Position numbers and translations under genes: made by a program. Shown one piece after another: positions 1 through 16,383 of a DNA stretch of 64,000 bases (its first letter is position 1; each line of letters opens with the position of its first letter). The stretch is from the human T2T-CHM13v2.0 reference genome, Homo sapiens. The stretch lies in assembly GCF_009914755.1 (NCBI RefSeq), contig NC_060925.1, one strand, 5' to 3'. The notes beneath the pieces are model-generated. The model was not told the DNA's origin. It saw only the letters and a program-made list of their open reading frames with translations, and searched no databases.

Positions 1-183
1 TCTTCTATTGTGGAGATGTTCCTGCTCTTATATGTCATACTAATTTATATCCTTGAAATTTTGAGCAGCATCATTTGGATGTGTTAAGTTGGGAATGAAG
101 AAAGTGAAAATATTTTCAGAGATTCCTTGAGAAAAGGGTTCCTTTTGCTGGGTAAATCAACGTTCCCTAGATGCTGTGGCTAA

Positions 184-540
<357 letters not shown>

Positions 541-573
<33 letters not shown>

Positions 574-861
574 GACAGAGTCTTGTTCTTTCACCCAGGC
601 TGGGGTGCAGTGACATGATCATAACTCACTGTAACCTTGAACTCCTGGGCTAAAGCGATCCTCCTGCCTCCATCTCCTGAGTAAGCTAGGAATACAGGCA
701 CATGCCATCATGCCCAGCTCAGTTTTATTATTTTTTTTTTTTTTGTAGAGACAGGGTCTCACTATGTTGCCAAGGCTGGTCTTGAACTCCTGGCCTCAAG
801 CTATCCTCCCACCTAAGCCTCCCAAAGTGTTGGATTATAGGTGTGAGACACCTTGTCCAGC
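541..861 (-). mobile_element. AluJ, full length, abutting the previous Alu
   Basis: T29 tract then J-type diagnostics (ctcctgggctaaagcgatcctcc; gggtctcactatgttgcc). Confidence 0.92.
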
Positions 862-921
862 ACCTGTTTTTCCTTTTTGATGTCAGATCCCTCTGAATAA
901 CAAGTTATTTGCCTTTTTTTC

Positions 922-1039
922 CCTCCATAAGACTGTGAGCACCTTGAGAGCTGCGAGAACATCTCACTTATCTTTGTATCTCTGATGTTTAGGACAGTGT
1001 CCAGCTCAAAGTGTCTATAAATGTATGTTGCATTGAATA
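922..1039 (+). mobile_element. L2 3' end fragment
   Basis: agactgtgagcaccttgagag...aggacagtgtccagc...taaatgtatgttgcattgaa resembles the L2 terminal segment. Confidence 0.7.
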
Positions 1040-1187
1040 GTGGAGGGAAGCTTTAAATACATTTACTGCAGACAGATGTATGCTTAGCATATTTAATTGG
1101 GAGACATTATTAGAAAGTGGAGATGGATAAAGAAAGGAATTTTTGTGGATATGATATAGAGAATTTTTGTTTCCTAAGGATTTAAAA

Positions 1188-1335
1188 TTTTTGTTTGTTT
1201 ATTTATTTGTTTATTTTTTAGAGATGGGGTCTTGCAGTGTTGCCTAGGCTTGTCTTGAACTGCTGCCTTCAAGTGATCCTCCTGCCTCAGCCTCCTGAGT
1301 ATGTGGAATTACAGGCATGAGCCACTGCACCCAAC
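1188..1335 (-). mobile_element. FLAM (free left Alu monomer)
   Basis: Single Alu left-arm monomer with a (TTTG/TTTA) tail. Confidence 0.85.
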
Positions 1336-2640
1336 TTGCCTAACAATTTTTAGAGTAACAGTTATTTTGCGGTTCCTTTACGTGGAGAACCTTTAGAAGT
1401 GTTCCATCTGACTACCTTGGACAAGGCACTGTGACCTTCTTTGTAGCAGAGACTAAAGACACCTGCCCATTTCCCTCAAATGGAGGGATATCCCTCAGTA
1501 AAGGAAGGAGCTCAGAATTAGATTGGGGGTAGAGAAAGGAAGCATTGAGTCCCTCCTAGCCCTGCACTGTGGAAATGTAAAGCTATTATTATGATAATTG
1601 CTGTTGGCAAACAAGAAAATTCTCAGCCTCTGGTTTGTACCTACACCCAGTCACAACCTCAGGTTGGGTGGATGCAGACTTTAAATATTGGGGTCACCTG
1701 TAGCTGTTGGAAAAGGTCCCTGTGGTTTCTCTGGGTGTTGTGCAAGCATTACTTTTTGGCTCTTTTCCCTGTATCCATCAGTAAAAAGTAGGAAGTTTGA
1801 GGAGCTGTGCTTTCGGTTGGCATTAGGCATTGGAGTGCCTTTATTTCCTACATTTAACTGGTAAATATCCAACACTCCATAACAGGATGGCCCTGCTTGG
1901 AAATTCTTACCTAGGGAGTGACTGAAGCCTAAGAGGAACTGCACAGCCCCCTGTATTGAAAACGGAGTAGTCATTTCCTAGAGCATGGCTTGGATCCTGA
2001 TCAGCTGATTTCCTGTCTCTACAGGGATGTGATGTGATTCCTCCCCCTTCCTTCTGGAAGAAATGGATATTTTTTTTCATTTCCTGTTTGATAGCATATT
2101 TTCTGAGTACCAGGAGACACTTGATGACTATAAAACATTTGATGTGTGGGGGGTGGGAAGGAAGGAGGCTTTTGTTTTCAGCAGAATGGCTTTCATTTGA
2201 GGAATTCAAAGCACATACATGAACCCAAGCTGTTTTGTTCCCATGGGAGAGACACAGGCTCTAAGAAGATTGTTTCGAATCCCTTTCCTGGGCTGTGTCT
2301 ACTTGACCTGCACTGGTAGAGCCCCTTCTCCCCCATAGGTTAGAAAAGCTCGGTCCCTCATGGAGCTCTGCATGCTGTGGATTCTGCTCTTGCCACATCC
2401 GCTACTCAGCCCTTTTTGTGCCTAAATCCGCTGGAGAGCAACTATTAGTCCCTGGGGGAAGTGACACCACCCTTGGAATGGAACCTGGCTGGATGCCCCT
2501 TGATCCCTGACTGAGTGACACAGACTGGGACAGGAATCTGGCTGTCCAGATTTCCTGTCCTCTGTCCTCACTAGCCGACTTGGCTGCTTCCACCCTGGGG
2601 CTGGGGGTATGGGGTGTGGTGGGAGCTGGTTGCTAACAAG

Positions 2641-2657
2641 CAGCGCCGCCTGTGGAC
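2641..2657 (-). promoter_or_regulatory. Candidate CTCF site
   Basis: Minus strand GTCCACAGGCGGCGCTG resembles the CTCF core CCASYAGRKGGCRS with mismatches at more degenerate positions. Confidence 0.35.
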
Positions 2658-2876
2658 CTGCACAGCCACTTGTTTTCCTAGCCAAGAGCTACCCGTCCAG
2701 TCTGGCCTGTTCCTGATCCATCTGGAGTGAGAGCAGAGACCTGGAAGAGAGATCAGTGGGGAGGCAGTCATTGTGATCCCTTTTGTTTGTAGTGAAGCTT
2801 TGCTTAGTGTTTGAGGGCCTGGGGTTTAATTTTGTAACAGACTCTTACTATAGTTGTGTGTGTTTAACTATAAGAT

Positions 2877-2950
2877 TTTCTTTTCTTCTCTTTTCTCCTT
2901 CCTCGTCCTCCTCCTCATCCTTTCTCCTCCTCCTCCTCCTCCTTCTTCCT
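2877..2950. repeat. (CTC/CTT)n pyrimidine simple repeat
   Basis: Seen directly; adjoins the tail of the L1 fragment. Confidence 0.9.
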
Positions 2951-2954
2951 GTCT

Positions 2955-3198
2955 GTTTTTATTTTTCCCAACTTTATAAAGGTATAATTGATATATAAAA
3001 ATTGTATATCTTTATGGTGTACAATGTGATGTTTTGATATATGTAAACATTGTGGAATGATTAAATCAAGCTAGTTAACATCTGTCACTTCACATAGTTT
3101 TGTGTGATGAGAATATTTAAGATTTACTACTTCCAGAATTTTCAAGTACGATACATTGTTTGCTGTACAATACATCTCCAGAACTTATTCATTTTTTC
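2955..3198 (-). mobile_element. L1MA-type 3' end
   Basis: aattgtatatctttatggtgtacaatgtgatgttttgatatatg...attaaatcaagctagttaaca matches the L1MA 3' UTR terminus. Confidence 0.85.
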
Positions 3199-3350
3199 TA
3201 GAGTTGCTTTTTCTTAAATAAATTATTAGGTTTCTTCTTGACCTTGAAGAAGTCCAGAAAAATTCTTACAAAATAGGGAATTGCATGGTAGGTAGGTTAT
3301 GAGAAGTTTCATTTTTGGGTTTTGTGAATATTACGAACAGCTTTTCCTAG

Positions 3351-3736
<386 letters not shown>

Positions 3737-3916
3737 AGAAGAACAGTCTTAACAAGAATAAGTGGAATCAGGGAGCATGCCTCTAACATTTAACAGTACA
3801 TTCTTCCTTTTACCTCTGTTGTTGACCATGTGCCTTCTTGCTCCAGGGGTTTTCAGTTTTCTTTTATTTTGTTGTATCAGATACATTTTCCCTCTAGGGT
3901 AGAAAGCAGCATCTTA

Positions 3917-4134
3917 CAGTGGAAAGGAACCCTGGCTTTGGGTCTTACTGGCTCTGTGGTCTTAAACAGTCATGTAACCCCTTTCAACTGTGTGCTTTTC
4001 CTAATTCCCCATTTGTAAAATATTGGTGGTGATAACCATCTTGCAGGGTTTTTGTAAAGGTTAAATGAGTTAATATACGTAAAACACATTGGTTGGCACA
4101 TAGTATGTAATTGTAGCTTGTTTTTTATTAGTAG
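3917..4134 (+). mobile_element. MIR
   Basis: ccatttgtaaaat...gcagggtttttgtaaaggttaaatgagttaatatacgtaaaac, MIR core and tail. Confidence 0.75.
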
Positions 4135-4157
4135 GAGTCATAATAACAATACGCTTG

Positions 4158-4599
4158 ATTTTTTTATGATAAAATACACTAATATAACATTTAGCATTTT
4201 AGCCATCTGTAAGGGTAAATATAGTGGCATCAAGTACATTCACTTGATTGTTGTGCAGCCGTCACTATTATCTATCTCTAGAACTTTTTCATCTTCTCAA
4301 ACTAAAATTCCAAACCCATTAAACAATAACTCACCTTCCCCCTCCTTAGCCCCTGGCAACCACAATTCTACTTTCTGTTTCTATGCATTTGACTACTCTA
4401 TGTACTTCATATAAGTGGAATCATACAGTATTTGTCCTTTTGTGTCTGGCTCATTTCATGTAGCATAATGTCCTCAAGGTTCATTCATGTTGTAGCATGT
4501 GCCAGAATTTCCTTCCTTTTTAAGGCTAAATAATATTCCATTTATGTATCTACCACATTTTATTTATCCATTCATCTGTTGATGGATACTTGGCTTGCT
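4158..4599 (-). mobile_element. L1MB-type 3' end
   Basis: cccctggcaaccac...ataagtggaatcatacagtatttgtcc...atccattcatctgttgatgga. Confidence 0.9.
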
Positions 4600-4632
4600 A
4601 ATAATATGATTATTTTTGGGTTTTTTTGACAT

Positions 4633-4928
<296 letters not shown>

Positions 4929-6444
4929 AGATTATTTTTAATAGTAATGAATTGATTGTCTAAGGTGCGTTCAAAGGCTTCAAAGCTGGGGAGAAGAGGA
5001 TGAAGTAGAACAATATCCTTGTTTGTGTGTTGACTTTGTCTCTCTGGGTTTTGCTTGCAAGACCTATTTTGATAGGAGTCTGATGAATGATGGACCTACT
5101 GAACCCTATACAGAGGGTCCAGACCTGGCAGAATTCTAGGAAAAAAAAATTGCCTCCTAGTCTAATTTTTCTCAGTGATAAACTACTCTGTGTGCTTACA
5201 GTTTGTCTATCTTGCTTCTCTCCCTCTCTCCTTTGCTCCTACTATGAATGGGATTCTTGGAATGGTGACATATCTAGACTCTTGGATTGTTTTGCAGAGG
5301 TCGAAGGCTGAGAGAGAATTGCTATATAGCTGAGGGGTGATGAGTACAGCGAACGGCCAACTGTGTGCCAACCTGGCTTTCCAGGGCAGTATTTTTAGGA
5401 TATATGTACCTATATGTGTACACACATATCTCTACACACACATACATACATATGTACACACACACAAATATCCCATTATTGACACTTGACACAGTAAGGG
5501 AGCTACATGTTCTTCTCTGGGTTCCCCTCAATGCAGCCCACCACCAGAATGCATGCATTGGAAACGGGTCCAGGATAATGTGAGAGGTCTCCAAGGAGTT
5601 CCAAGTATAAAGAGCCTTAGCAGAAGGGCCTTGACAGCTTAGACAGTCTCTTACAATGTCTACCAAAATTCTGAAGAAAGACTGCTATCCAGCTGTGATT
5701 TTTCTGCCTTCCAGGTTAGACCTGAAAAAGTCCAGGAGCCTAGCTTCTGTGTCCTGTGCTTATGCTGGACATGGGTGGAGGGTGAGGAGAGGCAGTAGTC
5801 CCTCCAAACCCTTGTATCTCCAACTGTGGATTCTCCTGTTTGTTTATAGGGTGGAAGGGGTGGTTTATACTGGTTTGTCCCCAGTTCCTGCTCTGTGCCT
5901 GAGGGGACTGCAGTGGCATTAGGATTTTTTGCCCAGTTGCTCATGGACATAGAGACACGTCACCTCAGTGCACCCCCCTGTGCAAATTGGCCTACCCTCA
6001 TATTACCTGCTTTTGTACCTCCAATGCCTAGAGACCAGTTGTCTCTCAGAAGCTACTCAGGATGATTTTATGCTGTCAGCATAATAAAAGTGAATTAATT
6101 CTATATTAAATTAATAAAGACCATATTTAGTATTAGTCAACTAAGGTTGTATATGTACATATTACTAAAGAAAAATGAATTTTAAAAAAGAATCTATTTT
6201 AGAGAAACAGATTAAATATGAACGACAGTAGGGGGCACTTGTATGACAGTAGAATAAAGACAAGCGTGAGAGTGTTCAGTTTGAAATTTGAAGTTTAACT
6301 TTTACTTGTTTCTTGGAAGTTCATGTTTTTTCCTCATGCAACTTTCTGCAAAACTGAAGGTTGGATTTTAAATATAAAATATTTGACATGACCAAGTTAT
6401 ATTTACCCTTTGTCAACTAAAAATTGACTTTTTTCAAAGTTTGT

Positions 6445-6758
<314 letters not shown>

Positions 6759-6759
6759 T

Positions 6760-7052
6760 CTTTTTTTATTTTTTTAAAGACAGGTTCTTGCTCTGTCGCA
6801 CAGAGTGGAGTGCAGTGGCACAATCATAGCTCACTGTAACGTGTCTACCAGGCTCAACAGATCCTCCCACCTCAGTTTCTCAAGTATCTGAGACTACAGG
6901 CATGTGCCATTACACCTGGCTAATTTTTAAATGTTTTGTAAAGACGAAGTCTCATTTTATTGCCCAGGCTGGTCTCAAACTCCTGGGCTCAAGCCATCCT
7001 TCTGCCCTGGCCTCCCAAAGAGCTGGGATTATAGGCATGAGCCACTGTGCCC
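6760..7052 (-). mobile_element. AluJ
   Basis: caatcatagctcactg and ctcctgggctcaagc J diagnostics. Confidence 0.9.
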
Positions 7053-7148
7053 CAATTTATTTATTTTTTATTTTTTTACCTTCAGATGCTCTTTGGCAAG
7101 CAAGTAAGGATTGCTCAATTAAAAGTATTGCATTATCTCATTCAACTA

Positions 7149-7508
<360 letters not shown>

Positions 7509-7692
7509 TTAATTTCTATTTCAACAAATTTGTGCTACTCTGGATTATGTGCTACCTGTCACTCAAGGATCTTGTTGAAATACTTTCTTGTACAAAAACA
7601 ACGAATCAAAACAAAACAAAACAAAAATGAGTGTACTTCATGTTGTATTTGAGTAGAGGTCCTAACAAACACTTGAAAAATGGCTGGTGGTA

Positions 7693-8025
<333 letters not shown>

Positions 8026-8062
8026 TCAATAATGATATTGAAAGGTTTTAAAGGCCAAATAA

Positions 8063-8355
8063 TTTTTTTTTTGGAGACAGAGTCTTGCTCTGTCACCCAC
8101 GCTGTAGTGCAATGGCGCAATCTCAGCTCACTGCAACCTCCGCCTCCCAGGTTCAAGTGATTCTCCTGCCTCAGCCTCCTGAGTAGCTGGGATTACAGGT
8201 GAGTGCCACCATGCCCGGCTAATTTTTGTATTTTTAGTAGAGATGGGGTTTTACCATGTTGGCCAGGCTGGTCTCGAACTCCTGACCTCAGGTGATCCAC
8301 CCACCTTGGCCTCCCAAAGTGCTGGGATTACAGGCGTAAGCCACCGCGCCTGGCC
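8063..8355 (-). mobile_element. AluSx-like with TSD
   Basis: TSD aggccaaataatttt on both sides. Confidence 0.95.
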
Positions 8356-8688
8356 TAGGCCAAATAATTTTTATGAACTGTCTGGAGAAGCTTTGATGAG
8401 GAATAACAGTATCATTTTCAAATTGGCTTCTGCACAAACTACGTAATTTTGAGTATTCCATGTTAATGCATATGATGTAGCTGGCTCTTAATCACCCTAT
8501 GAAAATGGAGTACAAGGCATGCTGAATACTTCAAATTCACAGATAACTACTAAAACTAATTTTAATCAACTGTCTCGTCATTTATTCCTACTTGAATTAC
8601 CAAAGATGCTTGCTTATGGGGGGAAATTGAACAGATTTTTTTTCCTCTTGTTTACCCTTTACCTTTTTTAAAATGTTATCTGCCACTG

Positions 8689-8910
8689 TTTTTTTTTTTT
8701 TTCAGACAGTCTCGCTCTGTCGCTGCAACCTCTGCCTTCCAGGTTCAAGCGATTCTCCTGCCTCAGCATCCCAAGTAACTGGGATTACAGGTGTCCCCTA
8801 CCACGTCCAACTAATTTTTGTATTTTTAGTAGAGATGGGGTTTCACCATGTTGGCCAGGCTGGTCTCAAATTCCTGACCTCAAGTGATCCTCCCATCTCA
8901 GCCTCCCAAA
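8689..8910 (-). mobile_element. 5'-truncated, internally deleted AluS
   Basis: ctgtcg-ctgcaacc junction loses about 35 nt; element ends at gcctcccaaa; degenerate TSD tgccact(g/a)tt. Confidence 0.88.
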
Positions 8911-9167
8911 TTTGCCACTATTCTTTATATTCCAGCTAAAATGAACTAGTGCTTTCTGCTTTTTTTTTTCCTAGCTTTCCTGCTTTCATGCCTTTGCTCA
9001 TGCTGTATCCTGTGCCTGCATTTTCCTTTAATTTCTACATTATATTTGGTCCTTACATATCCATCTCAAATGTTACTTTTTGTGGATCCTTCCCTGATTA
9101 TCTCAGATACAAGTTATATCATCTTTCTGAACTGACATAATATTATTGAAAGAAATACACTTAAAAG

Positions 9168-9697
9168 TAATAGTAATAACTGACAACATTCAGAGTCTGT
9201 TACAAAATGTTTTCACATGTATTAGCTCATTGGAACCTCACAGATGTTTTTCATCACTCCTGTTTTACAGCTGAGGAAATTAAGGCTTAAGGAGATTAAG
9301 TAACTTGCCTGAGGTTACCCATAATTAGAACTAAATCTTTTTTTTTTTTTTAATTTTTTTTAGAGACAAGGTCTTGGCTGTTGCACAGGCTGCAGTGCAG
9401 TGGTGTAAACATGGCTCACAGCAGCCTCAAACTCCTGGGCTCAAGAGATTGTCCCACTCCAGCCTCCTGAGTAGCTAGGACTATAGGTGTATGCCACTAC
9501 ACCCAGCTAAATTTTTGTGTTTTTTGTAGAGATGGGGTCTCACTGTGTTGCCCAGGCTGGTCTTGAACTCCTGACCTGAAATGATCCTTCTGCGTTAGTC
9601 CTCCAAAGTGCTGGGATTACGGGCATGAGCCATCATACCTAGCATAAATCTAAATCTTATGACCTCAAATCCCATGTTTTTTCCACCAAACAGTGCT
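9168..9697 (-). mobile_element. MIR split by an AluJ
   Basis: ttttacagctgaggaaattaaggctt...taacttgcctgaggtt core; continues after 9644. Confidence 0.8.
9338..9643 (-). mobile_element. AluJ
   Basis: J diagnostics; TSD ctaaatctt. Confidence 0.92.
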
Positions 9698-9981
9698 ATC
9701 TTACGATTCTTATCACTTGCTACTATGGGTTAGAATTACTTGTGTAAATGTCACATCTGGCCTACTACTTTGTACTGTCCTTAGATGAAGAGTTAATGCC
9801 TTATTCTTTGTCTCTGACATCCCATAGCACAGAGTATTGCGTATAATAAGGCTTCAATAACCATTGCTGAAAGGCTGACAAGTTGAAGAAATGTTGATGA
9901 ATGCATGTGTCTAGCACAGTGCCTCGCACATAGATGCCTAATAAACATTTATTGAATTTAATTGTAAAATGGATCAAAGAC

Positions 9982-10526
<545 letters not shown>

Positions 10527-10633
10527 AATCAGTTGTTCATAATATTTTCACGCTGTTAAATTCCTCCTGAATGCCTGTCTGTCTTGGGTGTAGCTCAAAG
10601 AATGAAAAGCAGAAGCAGCATAACTTGTTGAAT

Positions 10634-10796
10634 ATACTCTTGAGCCTGCGTCAGAATCACCTGCAGGGCATGTTAAAACACAGATTGCTGGGTCCCATCC
10701 TCAGTTCTGATTCAGTAGGTCTGGGGTGGGGCTTGAGAAATTATATTTCTAACAAGTTCCCAGGAGATGCTGATGCTGCTGGTCTGGGGACCACTT
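10634..10796. mobile_element. MER5A (hAT-Charlie non-autonomous DNA transposon)
   Basis: agaatcacctg...ctgattcagtaggtctggggtgggg...tttctaacaagttcccagg.gatgctgatgctgctggtc. Confidence 0.88.
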
Positions 10797-11031
10797 GGTG
10801 TAGCATATAGGTGTTAAGAGCATGGACTCAAGCTGCTGAGGTTTGAATCTCAGCTCTGCCATTTATTAACTGAACTTGGGCAAGTTCTTGAACCTTTCTG
10901 TGCTTCAGTTCTCATCTGTAAAGTGTTTTACTGTTACCACATATATCATAGGATTCTGACGGAGATTGAATGAAATAACATGTAAAGTGCTTAAAATGGT
11001 GCTTGGTTTGTAGTAAGCATGCAGTCTTAGC
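10797..11031 (+). mobile_element. MIR, near full length
   Basis: gttaagagcatggact...tttgaatctcagctctgcca...ttgggcaagtt...cagttctcatctgtaaa. Confidence 0.88.
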
Positions 11032-13150
11032 TACAGTAATGGGGATAGGACATGTTTCTTGCCTTGTAGATTTTAGAGTCTAGTTATTAGACTTAAATCT
11101 AATAATTTTAAAAAGTACAAATTCAGGTATTAGTTTACATGGTTCTGATTCTACCTTAGATTTGGAAAGATGAAATGCGTGTATCTTGGGGGATATGGTG
11201 GGTAGTGGGAGACCAGGAGGAGGAAAGGTACATGAAACTAGAAGATAATGGAAAGTTATATAGTCAGAATTTAGAAAGGTTGGAATTGCCAGTGGTTTTG
11301 GTATTATTACCTGAGAACTTGAGGGAGATAGAGGAAGGTGCCTGTGCTCTCTGTTTGCCAAAGAGATAACTGACTCCTTTTCCCATTTCTCTTTCTTAGA
11401 GCTGGTATCTGGTCTGCAGGCAGTTCCGGCAGCATTTGCTTTTTGTGGGGAACAGTGGCTAAGGAAGTGATTTGCTACTGGCTTCAGAAGTTGGGCTCTG
11501 CTGCCTTTATCCTCCACAGCTGCCTCACATAGTTTTGATTCTTCCTGAGAAAGGCAGTTGTTAGGTTTGGAAGTCTTCAGATTCCAGAGACAGCTGGACA
11601 GCTGACCCTCTGGTAGCTATTTCCCAAACTGCCAGCCTCCTGTTGCCTCATCTCCCTGGGCCCCTTCTTTTTTGCTTTGAAGCAATATCCTATATTTAGT
11701 GAACTAACCAATTTGAGGTTAGAGGAAATTTGATGGGGGAGTCTCTCCCACCTTAAAATCCTGGATGGATGGAGTATTTGGGCCCAGGAACAAGATGTAT
11801 CCTGTTAAAAAAAATTTAACACCTTCATCAAGTATACTCCAAATGACAGCTTACAGTGCTATGAATGTACCTCTAGCTCATGGGTAAGGAGCAGTGTTTA
11901 TTTTTGGGTGCCCTGAAGAAAATATTTGGGGGAAGGAGTGGGGAGAAGCTCAGGCAGCTCCATTTATGGTTGAGCAATGCTTGGTATTCTACAGAAGGGA
12001 CCATATGGACAGTGGAAGAGAGTTTAGCATTCTGATTGTTCACCTCTTGCTCCTTCCATTCTGATGGCTAATTAGGGACACCTCATTAGCTATCAGAGTG
12101 GAACAAGTATTTGCCAGGCTGACATGAGCCTCAGCCCTGCATCCTGCATCTTCTGCTTTCCCAACCTGCTGAGTCACCACCTAGGAATGGCAGTAGCCAG
12201 GTTACCACCTGGAGCACCTGGAGCACTCTTGGCATAATGCACTGTTGACTGGTTTTGGTCTCCTAGACACAGCTTGGGCCTCTCCAAGCCTGTTGGAGTG
12301 ATAGGCTGGGTCTTAGCTCTCCTTCCAGCTTGTTCCACAAGGCGCTGACCTACTTTTCAGGGACAATTAAGTGTTTGTGAGCAAAGGAAGGCGGTGACCC
12401 GAGTGAAGGTGAACCAGAGCTGCATTAAACAAACATTTGGAGTCACTTTTTCTATCTTACACAGGAGGGCCCATCTCAGTCCAAATGGAATGGCAGATCA
12501 GGCTGATTGTGGTAGCCACATTCTAGATGCTTATCAAGATAGTCAACTAACCCTTGAATTTTTATTCTTTCTATCAATGTACCTTAATATCAGAAGTTAC
12601 TTTTCATAATCATTGTACCCCTTGTCTGTGGGCTATACGAAAAGATTTGGAAGCAAGTTGGGGCTCTTAGAGTGAATTATTGATACAAGCTAGCTTTTGA
12701 TATACCTTTTGGTGTATCAAAGATACACTTTCTGGTGGCAATGTCTGGTTCATTTGTAACATCTTGGAGAGGATTGGAATCTCTTTTCCTTTTTGTATCA
12801 GGCCAGGATAATAGGATAGAGGAGAGGCCAGATCTGTAGAGAATGAGCAAGTGGCTTGTTTAGGGTTTCCTGCCCTTGTGAGGTAAGGGCTCAAGGATTA
12901 GATTCAGTCTTTCCATTTGCAGTGAAAGGAAGTAAACTCACTTTCCCACCCTCATCCTGGAGGTTACTTATGTTATTTGCAGACCCCAACTTCTGCCTCT
13001 CTGTTAAGTATACTTCTTATGCAGGTTGCCCTTACTGTTACATCTTACCACTGGGGGAAAGATCCAAGGCTCTGGGAAGGACAGTGACAGTTGTCCTACA
13101 TTGGCTAGTTTCAAGACCCTGAGGGAATTGCCAAGCCAGCAATTAGGCAA

Positions 13151-13779
<629 letters not shown>

Positions 13780-14045
13780 TAAACTTTTATTTTTAGCAAC
13801 TCCATATTCATGAGAACTCTCATAATCTTCTAGTCAGTAAAAAGAAAAGTTATTGAAGTTATTGATACTGCACCCAGAGATCCAGATCAAATCTTAAGGA
13901 AGGAAGAAGCTTAGAGGAGAACTTCACCCTGCCACTCTCTCATTGGAATTCCCTTCTAACAACGTGTGAGGTGTCAGCCCCATTTGAAGAACTAGTTTAT
14001 ATATCAGAGCATGGCCTGGAAATCAGCGTGGCATCAATTTTGGTC

Positions 14046-14175
14046 TTTTTTTTTTTTTCAAATAGAGACAAGGTCTCACTATGTTGCCCAGGCTGGTCTC
14101 AAACTCCTGGGCTTAAATGATCCTCTCTCCTTGGCCACCCAAAGTGCTGGGATTACAGGTGTGAACCACTGTGCC
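14046..14175 (-). mobile_element. FLAM / AluJ left monomer
   Basis: Monomer; TSD ttttggtctt. Confidence 0.88.
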
Positions 14176-14819
14176 TCACCAGTTTTGGTCTTACAGATGA
14201 CTAAGTTTTTTGGGGGAGGGTATTTTAGGTGACGTGCAATTGCTCCATTCCTCCTAGACATCCCAGAATCTGGTCACAACCTCCTTTTTTCCACTTATCC
14301 TTTCCTTTATGCACATTAAACCTGTTCTCTGCTGTTTCCCAGTCTGTCAGCCCCTTTATGGTGTCAGTGCTTCCTGACCTATCATGTACAATAGGGCTCG
14401 TACTGGCATTCTCAGATCTCTTTTTTTTCTTCCACGCCTTTTCTATCCCCAGTGCTGGACCTGTGTTCATTTTCTCCACTGAGCTACTGAGTGCCACTGC
14501 ATAACAGTGTGCTGACTGACTCTATTACAGATTTATGAGCTCTAGCCACAGCCTGGCTCTCAATCCTATCCTGAAACCTTTTTATTCTCTTCTGGTTGAC
14601 TGCCATTCATTTTTTTCTGCAGCAGCCATTCCAGTCTTTCACCATTCTCTTCAAACTTGTTGCTCCACCCCACCTTATAAACTCTCAATAAGTAATTTAG
14701 TCTTTTACGTCTCAATTTATCTGTAGGCTTTACCAGTCCTTACCACATTCCCTCCTATTTCAGAGGCAGGTCTCTGGGCATATACATATATATTTTGTGT
14801 TCTTAGTTCCTCCCTTCCT

Positions 14820-15330
14820 AGTGACTCTTTGTAAAGATATTCAGGTTTTCTCCATCCTAAGATAAAAATTCCTTTAAGCTTATCTCTTCTTCAGACTAAC
14901 TCTCTGTGCTTTTTTTTTCTTTACCACCAAACTACCTCAACAGCCTTTCTTCTACTTCTTTAGTCATCGTGAGCCACTATAGCCAAGGTTTGTGCCCACC
15001 ATCCCAATGAAAGGCTCTTGTTTGTGATGACTTGCTTGCAGAACTCAGCAGCCTCTTTTTGTTCTCACGCTGTTTCATCTTGTCACAGCATCTGACACCA
15101 TTTGGACCTCTTTCCTTCCCTGACTGTGTGCTATCTCTGGATGAGTTGACCTACTCTGGTGATTTCATTTAGGAATTTCATCTGTGTGTACAGTGATGAC
15201 TCTCTTGTCAGAATCTGTAACTACCTATTGTATGAGCTTTTCCCCCAGGTCCAAACTTGTATTTCCAAATGACTACTCTCCTTTTCCACTTTGTAGCCTA
15301 CAGAAATTTGCATGTAATGTATCCAAAATT
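14820..15330 (+). mobile_element. L2 ORF2 relic, 5' part
   Basis: cccaccatcccaatgaaaggctctt...cagcatctgacacc resembles the decayed HHSTETAL/SAAFDT-coding region. Confidence 0.55.
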
Positions 15331-15336
15331 CAGCTT

Positions 15337-16378
<1,042 letters not shown>

Positions 16379-16383
16379 TTTGT

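Larger units (their letters stand above)
8930..9960 (+). mobile_element. L2 3' region, interrupted by a MIR and an AluJ
   Basis: catgcctttgctcatgctgt...ctcaaatgttact; resumes about 9705; ends tctagcacagtgcctcgcacatag...aataaacatttattgaa. Confidence 0.65.

Noticed and set aside
11080-11517. 145-aa minus-strand ORF in unique DNA (similarly 60889-61275 plus)
   Set aside because: No recognisable domain or splice context; length compatible with chance
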